A DNA stretch of 43,569 nucleotides, from contig CBFDBS010000001.1 in NCBI GenBank assembly GCA_965603105.1, positions 1-43,569 on the forward strand. The letters run 5' to 3'. Under the pieces are notes generated by a model. It searched no databases and was not told where the DNA came from. It saw nothing but the letters and a program-made list of their open reading frames with translations. Below are positions 36,994 through 43,569 of this stretch, in pieces. A program made the position numbers and the translations under genes. The DNA comes from an uncultured bacterium. GTDB lineage: Bacteria > Acidobacteriota > Aminicenantia > Aminicenantales > Aminicenantaceae. Position 1 is the first letter of the stretch, and every line of letters begins with the position of its first letter.

Positions 36994-38381
36994 TTCTTTT
37001 CGGGGGAAATGATTAGCGGCACCAAGGCATTTTCGGCGTTGATACGGCCGTGTCCGACGAACTGGTCTTTTCCAGGGTAAAGGTCCTGATTGACGTCGTC
37101 GGATGAGTAGCGGATGATGTTCATGACATCTCCAGCCGATAGACTGGGTTTAACACTTCTGATAAGAGCTGCGAGGCCGGAGACATAGGGGGCGGATGCC
37201 GAAGTGCCGGTGGCGTAGGAATAGGGGTCCAGAGAGTTATCGTCCCACTCCATGGGAGGGAACCAGACGGGGACACAGCCCAAGATCCGGACCCCAGGGG
37301 CGGCCACGTCAATTTCAGGTCCGAAATTGCTCCAGATGGTCCGGGAGTCATTGTAATCGGTGGCAGCGACGGCTAAGACATAATCATCGAATGCTGCCGG
37401 AAAGAGAACGGCACCGGAATCGTTCCCAGCGGAGGCGACAAGGACGATGTCTTGCTCATACGCATATTTGATTGCGTTTTCCAATGCCTGTGCTTCTACC
37501 GGGTCGCTAGTATCTAATCCGATACTGAAATTGATCACATCCACTCCCTGGTCGACAAGCCAGAGAATGGCTTCAATCACCCAACTGGTTAAACTGTACT
37601 CATCAGCTGTAAAAACTTTGGCCGGCAGGACTTTGCAATTCCAGGTCACACCGGCGATTCCGATACCGTTGTCAGTTTCTGCGGCGATGAGGCTGGCAAC
37701 ATAGGTCCCGTGTCCGTGATCATCTGTGGCATCATCGTCTCCGTTGGCGAAGTCTTTTCCTTTGGAAACGTATTTATTTTGGAGATCGGGATGATCGAAA
37801 TCCAATCCCGTATCGATGACGCCGATAATCACATCTTCTCTTCCTTTTGTTTCTTCCCAGCCTATCGGGGCTTTGATATCTGCGCTCGCCTTCCCCTGGG
37901 GGCTTCCGGGAACGTCTCCGATGGCTTGGCCGGAATTGCTGAGGGCGTACTGCAGGTAGAAAAGGGGATCGTTGGGAGTAGCAGTCAGCTTGAAGGCTCT
38001 GTTCGGCTCGGCGAATTTCACAAGAGGATTCTGCTTGAGAACGTAGACCATTTCTTCGACAGTCATATCCTCCGGCACTCTCAATTGGTGGATATCCAGC
38101 GGTGAAATGAGTTTGACAGCTTTAGTCCTGTAAACAGAGAGGACGGCTTTTTGAAGTTCCATGCGGACGGAGGGAACAAATTGGACAAGGATTTGGTCGT
38201 TTTTAAAAAACTCAGGATCTTTTTTTGATTGCAAAGGGACCGAATTCTCGAAAGATCGGACAGAATTTGGGTGTATAAAATATGGCCGTTTGAGGCTTGA
38301 TCTGTAAGGATTTTGAGATGAAGCAGAAAGGAACAGAAATGAAAGCATGAGCATCAAAGTGGTGTATTTAAGGTTTTTCAT
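36990..38381 (-). CDS. secreted S8-family (subtilisin-like) serine protease
   Basis: Signal peptide and an I9-like propeptide. Catalytic triad motifs VIDTGLD, HGHGTYVA and GTSASAPYVSG. ATG at 38381 is preceded by GGAGG. Stop overlaps the recN start (ATGA). Confidence 0.85.
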   Translation of the reverse strand: MKNLKYTTLMLMLSFLFLSASSQNPYRSSLKRPYFIHPNSVRSFENSVPLQSKKDPEFFKNDQILVQFVPSVRMELQKAVLSVYRTKAVKLISPLDIHQLRVPEDMTVEEMVYVLKQNPLVKFAEPNRAFKLTATPNDPLFYLQYALSNSGQAIGDVPGSPQGKASADIKAPIGWEETKGREDVIIGVIDTGLDFDHPDLQNKYVSKGKDFANGDDDATDDHGHGTYVASLIAAETDNGIGIAGVTWNCKVLPAKVFTADEYSLTSWVIEAILWLVDQGVDVINFSIGLDTSDPVEAQALENAIKYAYEQDIVLVASAGNDSGAVLFPAAFDDYVLAVAATDYNDSRTIWSNFGPEIDVAAPGVRILGCVPVWFPPMEWDDNSLDPYSYATGTSASAPYVSGLAALIRSVKPSLSAGDVMNIIRYSSDDVNQDLYPGKDQFVGHGRINAENALVPLIISPEKK

Positions 38382-38402
38382 GTGGGCCTCCAAAGTTGGG
38401 TC

Positions 38403-39188
38403 CTAAAAGTTAAATCTAAGGTAGACCATAGCGCCGATGTCCATTCCATCGCTATAAGGATAGACTGTCACCTCTCCGGTTAGAAGAAGTTGATCGGTCA
38501 TTTCATAGTTGACTCCGATCATGAGGATGAAGTTGTTTATACTCTTGATTTTCTTTTTCTCCAATCCGGTGAGTTCCTGAATTTCCTGCTCCATTTTGTA
38601 TCTTCCCCAAAGCTTGTTGTATTTGATGCTGATGTAGGGGGATATGTAGTCAAATCCAAGATAGCGAATGAGCGGGCCTATTTGAGCGCGCAGCCACGAT
38701 GGCGATCCGGTGACTGTTCCCTCGACATTTAAATTCGGGACCTCCCAGCTGTTTTTCCAAAATCTGAAGGAGTAGATGAGTTGGCCGGTGAGATTGAGCT
38801 CATAATCCGGGAAATGGATGAGTTTTTTGTCGACTTCCGTTCCTAAAACAAATCCTCCGAGCTGGCCCACATCCATTTGAACAGAGAAGGGGAGGTCTCG
38901 GAAAATCAAGCCGTCAAAATTGGATAGAGAGTAGCCCAACAGGAGGTGGACGGAAAGTCCATCGAGAACTTCAAATTCAGTATCCACGGTGAACAGATAG
39001 GATTTGAAATTCGATGTATCCGCTTTATCTTCTCCCCTGAGTGACAGACCGAAATACTCCGCCCGCAGCGCAGGTTTGATCACGGTGTTTTGAAAAAATC
39101 CCAATTTGTTCTGCTGTTGAGCGAGTAAACAAGGAGAAAACAGCCAAAAAATCAGGAGTGAACCAACAAAACATTTCATCTTCCTCAT
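38403..39188 (-). CDS. putative outer-membrane beta-barrel protein
   Basis: Signal peptide (MRKMKCFVGSLLIFWLFSPCLLAQQ), alternating hydrophobic pattern, C-terminal aromatic end (YLRFNF). Strong SD (GGAGGAGG). No named family recognised. Confidence 0.55.
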   Translation of the reverse strand: MRKMKCFVGSLLIFWLFSPCLLAQQQNKLGFFQNTVIKPALRAEYFGLSLRGEDKADTSNFKSYLFTVDTEFEVLDGLSVHLLLGYSLSNFDGLIFRDLPFSVQMDVGQLGGFVLGTEVDKKLIHFPDYELNLTGQLIYSFRFWKNSWEVPNLNVEGTVTGSPSWLRAQIGPLIRYLGFDYISPYISIKYNKLWGRYKMEQEIQELTGLEKKKIKSINNFILMIGVNYEMTDQLLLTGEVTVYPYSDGMDIGAMVYLRFNF

Positions 39189-39259
39189 CAGACCTCCTCC
39201 ATCATCGCTTGACTCGTCAACGATTGCTGACTGGGCGCCTCTTTGCGCCGCCTAGAAGC

Positions 39260-40030
39260 TTATTTTTCTATCTCCTGCATTCTTTTAATCGCTTTTTTCG
39301 TGAGTTTACCCTCAGGATAATCGGTGATCAACTTCCTGAAGTAGGGCGTGGCTTCTTCGGGTAACTCCCATCTAAAAAAGGAGTCTCCGAGATAGAAATA
39401 CACTTTATCCATTTTGGAAAAATTCGGATATTCGGTCAAAATTGACGTCAGCCTTGCCACCGCACCTTTGAGGGCATAGACTTTATAGTAGTGAACACCG
39501 ATGCCGAGAATGTGTTCAGCCAGCCGCTCTTCACATTCATTGATTTTCTCCCTGGCTTCTGACACTTGTTCGCTGGAGGGATAATTGGTCACAACTTTCT
39601 TGAATTCGGCCAGCGCCTGTCTGGTCTTAGTGGGATCTCTTCCTGCCGAAAATGATTTCTTGAAGAAAGTCATAGCCCGTTGGAATTGAGCATAGGAAGC
39701 AGAGGGACTGAGGGGGAAGAGAGAGATAAATTCATTGTATTCGGAGGCGGCGATAATCATGCTCCCTTCGTCTCCTTTATCAAAATAAGAGTCGGCAATG
39801 CTCAGCTTTGCTCTCTGGGCATAAAAACTTTTGGGAAAAGAGTCGATGACCAGCCTGAGGTAAAGAATTGCTCTCTCGGGATCTTTTTTCAGGTACTGTT
39901 CTCCCAGTTTATAAAGATTTTCATCCGAGTTGGCGACTTCAGGTGCCAGTTCTATTTCCTTTCCTTTGCATCCCCAGCCGATCAGAATGATCAGACTGGT
40001 CAATGCTATTAGAAGCGCTGTTTTTCTCAT
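39260..40030 (-). CDS. bamD: outer membrane protein assembly factor BamD-like TPR lipoprotein
   Basis: Lipobox LIGWGC after a signal peptide. TPR-like repeats with BamD/YfiO-type motifs (YKLGEQYLKK..., AQRAKLSIADSYF, YYKVYALKGAVARL). Confidence 0.7.
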   Translation of the reverse strand: MRKTALLIALTSLIILIGWGCKGKEIELAPEVANSDENLYKLGEQYLKKDPERAILYLRLVIDSFPKSFYAQRAKLSIADSYFDKGDEGSMIIAASEYNEFISLFPLSPSASYAQFQRAMTFFKKSFSAGRDPTKTRQALAEFKKVVTNYPSSEQVSEAREKINECEERLAEHILGIGVHYYKVYALKGAVARLTSILTEYPNFSKMDKVYFYLGDSFFRWELPEEATPYFRKLITDYPEGKLTKKAIKRMQEIEK

Positions 40031-40053
40031 CGGTTTGTTCCTTTTTTCAATAA

Positions 40054-40998
40054 TCATTGGCTATATAGTCTTTGTATCCATTCCCACTCTCTCCGGAGTC
40101 CTTCTTCAAGCGGAATTCGGGGGGAATAATCCAGGTCTTCTCCGGCTTTTTTGATGTCAGCGAAAGTATGGAAAACATCTCCTTTCTGTTCCTCCCTGTT
40201 TTGAAGTTGGATCTTCTTTTCCGTGATCTTTTCAAGCAGAGCAAAAACGTCCCTGAGTTTTTTCTGGTTTCCTCCTCCGATATTGTAGACTTCTCCGTCT
40301 CTTCCCCTGTCCAGCGCCTGCAGGTTGGAGTCGATAATGTCGTCGATATAAGTGAAATCCCTGGTCTGCTGGCCGTCTCCGAAGAGGGGAAGGGGTTTGT
40401 TCTCGGATAGGGCTTTCAAAAAACGATGGAAGGCCATATCCGGGCGCTGTCCAGGACCGAATACTGTGAAAAATCTCAAAGAGACAATAGGGATCCTGAA
40501 ATTCATAAAATACAGCTGGCAGAGGTGCTCACCGGCCAGCTTGGAGACACCATAAGGGGAGAAGGGGTGGAGGGGTGCTGTTTCCGTCATGGGAAGTTGG
40601 GGGGACAGACCATAAACGGAAGAGGATGAGGCGTAGATGAATTTTTTTATTCTCTGGCCTTTGACCGCTTCTAAAAGCTTCTGGGTGGCCATGATGTTGT
40701 TTTCAGTATAAACGGAGAAATTATTTCCCCAGCTCGTCCTCACTCCCGCTTGAGCCGCCAAATGGAAAATGACGTCTTTGTCTGTGACGAGAGGGCTGAT
40801 ATCGACTCCGTTGATGTCTTTGTCGACCAAGCGGAATCGATGATTGCTTTGAAGAGGAAGAACGTTCTTCTCTTTGATCCACTTGGGGTAAAAATCTGTG
40901 AAGGAATCCAATCCGGTGACGGAATAGCCCAGATCGAGGAGTTTTCGGCAGAGATGGGAACCGATAAAACCAGCAGCTCCGGTGACTAAGCAGTTCAT
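40054..40998 (-). CDS. NAD-dependent sugar-nucleotide epimerase/dehydratase (extended SDR)
   Basis: GAAGFIGSHL Rossmann motif and YGVSKLAGE catalytic YxxxK. 314 aa. Substrate not assignable. Confidence 0.85.
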   Translation of the reverse strand: MNCLVTGAAGFIGSHLCRKLLDLGYSVTGLDSFTDFYPKWIKEKNVLPLQSNHRFRLVDKDINGVDISPLVTDKDVIFHLAAQAGVRTSWGNNFSVYTENNIMATQKLLEAVKGQRIKKFIYASSSSVYGLSPQLPMTETAPLHPFSPYGVSKLAGEHLCQLYFMNFRIPIVSLRFFTVFGPGQRPDMAFHRFLKALSENKPLPLFGDGQQTRDFTYIDDIIDSNLQALDRGRDGEVYNIGGGNQKKLRDVFALLEKITEKKIQLQNREEQKGDVFHTFADIKKAGEDLDYSPRIPLEEGLRREWEWIQRLYSQ

Positions 40999-41666
40999 GA
41001 TTTTTCGTATCTTCCGGCGATCTCTTTCATTTTCTTGAGGACTTGGCGAGGGTCTTTTTGATTGAAGACACCCGAGCCGGAAACAAAGAGACTGACGCCG
41101 TCTTTGATGAGGTGTTCAATATTATCCAAGGTGACACCTCCGTCGATCTCTATCGGAATATCCAGATTCAGGTCCTCCAGCCACATCTTCAGACGCCTGA
41201 TTTTATCTCTGCTGTGTTCGATGAAAGTCTGCCCTCCAAATCCGGGATTGACCGACATAACAAGAATATAATCCACCTCATGGAAAATTTCGGAAATGGA
41301 TTGGAGCGGGGTGGCCGGATTGAGGACGACGCCGGCCTTCTTTCCCAGTTCTTTGATGCTGGTTATATCTTTATGCAGATGCAGGGATGTCTCCGGATGG
41401 ATGGAAATCCAGTCAGCTCCTGCCTGCGCAAAAAGGGGAATGGCGAACGGAGGATTATCGACCATTAGGTGAACATCGAGAGGCAGGATTGTTTTTTTTC
41501 TGAGCGCGGCGACAAGGTGGGGACCAAACGTGAGGTTGGGAACAAAATGTCCATCCATGATATCGACATGGATCAAATCTGCTCCTGCTTCCTCGACCAT
41601 GCGGACCGAAGATTCCAAATTCAAGTAGTCGGCAGAGAGAATGGATGGAGCGATCTTTATTGTCAC
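40995..41666 (-). CDS. rpe: ribulose-phosphate 3-epimerase
   Basis: Contains APSILSAD, HVDIMDGHFVPNLTFG and MSVNPGFGGQ. 223 aa. Confidence 0.95.
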   Translation of the reverse strand: MTIKIAPSILSADYLNLESSVRMVEEAGADLIHVDIMDGHFVPNLTFGPHLVAALRKKTILPLDVHLMVDNPPFAIPLFAQAGADWISIHPETSLHLHKDITSIKELGKKAGVVLNPATPLQSISEIFHEVDYILVMSVNPGFGGQTFIEHSRDKIRRLKMWLEDLNLDIPIEIDGGVTLDNIEHLIKDGVSLFVSGSGVFNQKDPRQVLKKMKEIAGRYEKS

Positions 41667-42376
41667 TTGCTGACCTCCAGGGTGATGAGACTTCTCTGGC
41701 TAATGGGATAGCCCTGAGGAGGATTCTGGTTAATGATGATTCCCGGCTCGAGTCCTCTATAGACGGCGCGGCGGGTGTCCCCAACACGGAATTCAAGGCT
41801 CTCCAGCCAGGCAATAATGGGATCAGCCTGTCTCCCAAGCAGGTCCGGCATCAGATATTTCTCCTCCTCTTTGCCTTGACTGACAAGGAGGCTGATAAGA
41901 GAATCCCGGGCGACTTCTTGGCCCTGGGAGGGGGACTGGGCCACAATGCGGCCGGCGGCTTGATTGGGCAAGAAAACATAAGATATTTTTCCCTTTCTGA
42001 GGCCGGCCTGATTGATGAGCGGATTGACCGACAAAAGATTTTGCCGGATGAATCGTGGGACCGTCACTTTTTCTCTTCCCGCGCTGATGATGACTTTAAC
42101 GACGCTGTTCAATTTGAGTTTTTTTCCGGATGGGGGATCTTGGAAGATGACCAGCCCTTTTTCAATTTTGGGATGGAGCTGATAGCCGCTCTGGACGACG
42201 TTCAGTTTTTTTGCGGCGAGATCGGCTTTGACTTCCTCAAAGGTCTTGCCGCTCAAATCCGGCAAGGTGGCGATCTCTCCGGAAATTGTAACGCGGTAAG
42301 AGACAACAGCACTCAAGAAAAAGATGATGAGGATGAGCAGGGAAAAAAAGACCGGCTTATATATTTTTTTCGGCAT
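41663..42376 (-). CDS. membrane-anchored protein with three PASTA repeats and no catalytic domain
   Basis: N-terminal TM helix (PVFFSLLILIIFFLSAVV), then three ~65-aa repeats starting LPDLSGK.., VPRFIRQ.. and MPDLLGR.., each with the PASTA-like G.V..Q.P..G pattern. 4-nt overlap with rpe. Confidence 0.75.
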   Translation of the reverse strand: MPKKIYKPVFFSLLILIIFFLSAVVSYRVTISGEIATLPDLSGKTFEEVKADLAAKKLNVVQSGYQLHPKIEKGLVIFQDPPSGKKLKLNSVVKVIISAGREKVTVPRFIRQNLLSVNPLINQAGLRKGKISYVFLPNQAAGRIVAQSPSQGQEVARDSLISLLVSQGKEEEKYLMPDLLGRQADPIIAWLESLEFRVGDTRRAVYRGLEPGIIINQNPPQGYPISQRSLITLEVSK

Positions 42377-42961
42377 AACACCTGATCGCAGTCATTCCTT
42401 TACATTATCTATAGCATACATTATAAACCAAGTAAACCGTTATAAAGTTTCATTCGGGATTTGAGACAAATCTTTTTCGCAGGGTTCATCGTACGAATGA
42501 ATACCTATGGGGATAAGAGGAAGCTACGCCCATAAATCTAAGAGGACGTCAGCGCTACAGTAAGATTTTTAACGCCGCCACACCACCCATCCATTTAAAA
42601 CTGCAGGATTTCCCCCCCCCTAAAAAGGTGGCAGTCTCGCAACTCCGCGTGGTTATTCTTTCCAATTAAAAGATTATGCAAGGGGATACGTTCCGCTCTT
42701 TCAATTTTTCTCGTGCTCAAACATACTCGACTGGTCGACTTCGTCGTCTTCCCCGTCAGCGTTTCAGAAAGGCTAAATCTTACGATGTCGCTTCTTCCAC
42801 CCTCTCAGATTTATAGGCATACAACTGATATGTCTGGTCGCTGAAGAAATTCCAGGTATCCATAAGTACGATGAACCTTTCGTGGAGCCTGTCACGCAGA
42901 ATGATTTGCTGATGGACGGCGATTTCTTTATAATGAATCTTCTTAAGAAAGGAGAAGTCAA

Positions 42962-43569
42962 ATGAGTGAGTATTCAGATTTCCGAAGCGATACAGTGACC
43001 CATCCCACACCCAGCATGCGCCGGGCTATGGCCGAGGCCGAAGTAGGGGATGATGTTCTTGGGGATGACCCCACCGTCCTAAAGCTGGAGGTTCTGGCCG
43101 CCGAGATCGCAGGTAAAGAAGCAGGATTGTACTGTCCGACCGGAACGATGGCCAATTCCATTGCCGTAAAGGTCTGGAGCAGGGAATTGGAGGAAGTCAT
43201 CGTCGAAGCCAGATCACATATATACAATATGGAATCCACACATATGACCTTCATTTCCCGGGTGACACCGCGGCCGATAGTCTCGGACAGGGGAGCCATA
43301 CCGCCGGAGCTGGTTGAGCAGAATATCAAGAAGCCCTCGGTTCACATCCCGAGGACGTCGCTCATCTGCATTGAAAACACTCACAACAATTGGAGCGGAG
43401 CGGTTGTCCCCTTTGAAAATCTCAAAGCTTTGCGTCAGATTGCCGATAAACATGACTTGAAAATCCACTTTGACGGAGCCCGAGTATTCAACGCCTGCGC
43501 CGCTTCAGGTGTGGATATCAAGGACTATGCGGCTATCGGTGATTCGATCATGTTCTGTCTCTCGAAAGG
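42962..43569 (+). CDS. ltaE: low-specificity L-threonine aldolase (3'-truncated by window end)
   Basis: Manual translation gives MSEYSDFRSDTVTHPTPSMRRAMAEAEVGDDVLGDDPTV...GTMANS...FCLSKG (PLP-lysine region). AAGGAGAAG SD. Absent from the ORF track because no stop lies inside the window. Confidence 0.85.
   Translation, partial: MSEYSDFRSDTVTHPTPSMRRAMAEAEVGDDVLGDDPTVLKLEVLAAEIAGKEAGLYCPTGTMANSIAVKVWSRELEEVIVEARSHIYNMESTHMTFISRVTPRPIVSDRGAIPPELVEQNIKKPSVHIPRTSLICIENTHNNWSGAVVPFENLKALRQIADKHDLKIHFDGARVFNACAASGVDIKDYAAIGDSIMFCLSK

Noticed and set aside
42676-42816. 46-aa highly basic ORF (MQGDTFRSFNFSRAQTYSTGRLRRLPRQRFRK...) in the long spacer, and a second frame that ends in ATGA overlapping the ltaE start.
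   Set aside because: The first has no SD and no homology that I recognise. The second frame has no plausible start codon until a GTG about 27 codons before its stop. Neither is reportable as a gene.
1-43569. Scan for CRISPR arrays, tRNA/rRNA/tmRNA, transposases, integrases, toxin-antitoxin pairs, reverse transcriptases and other defence-system hallmarks.
   Set aside because: No regularly spaced repeats, no T-loop/acceptor-like tRNA patterns and no ORFs with recombinase, RT or nuclease-NTPase defence signatures were recognised by eye. An Infernal/tRNAscan and DefenseFinder/PADLOC run would be the decisive check.

Overview
Single contig window from a diderm (Gram-negative-type) bacterium: BamD, beta-barrel proteins and ExbD/TolR are present. 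Taxon cannot be assigned from sequence alone. It is almost entirely core-genome. I saw no rRNA, tRNA, CRISPR array, transposase, integrase or phage genes. All family calls are by-eye motif recognition; no database search was run.

Layout:
- 1-8.1 kb (+): complete cell-elongation cluster mreB-mreC-mreD-mrdA(PBP2)-rodA, followed by a large fused radical-SAM protein (TIGR03960-like + TIGR03936/DUF2344-like).
- 8.3-14.1 kb: acyl-CoA dehydrogenase, an orphan ExbD/TolR, a TIGR04076-like small Cys protein, and an OPT oligopeptide transporter followed by cstA. The cstA gene carries an in-frame amber codon.
- 14.2-18.8 kb (+): glycosyltransferase island with three GT4/GT1-type genes and two small paralogous coiled-coil ORFs, behind a consensus promoter.
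- 19.2-25.7 kb: mixed accessory-looking genes. These are a degenerate thymidine-phosphorylase-like protein, an ACT protein, GATase1, a PKD/beta-barrel surface protein, an orphan rmlD, and two tandem DUF507 genes followed by an acyl-CoA thioesterase.
- 25.7-42.4 kb (-): long co-directional housekeeping run with many 4-nt gene overlaps: PASTA-only protein, rpe, SDR epimerase, bamD, OM beta-barrel, S8 protease, recN, C_GCAxxG_C_C, miaB, hppA, nusA, infB, DUF503, rbfA, nrnA, truB.
- 42.4-43.6 kb: a 585-nt apparently non-coding spacer, then a 5'-partial threonine aldolase.

I did not find a clear-cut novel defence or mobile system. The most unusual items are the catalytically dead thymidine-phosphorylase homolog, the PASTA-only protein upstream of rpe, the radical-SAM fusion appended to the mre/mrd cluster, the coiled-coil/GT island, the amber-interrupted cstA and the long spacer.
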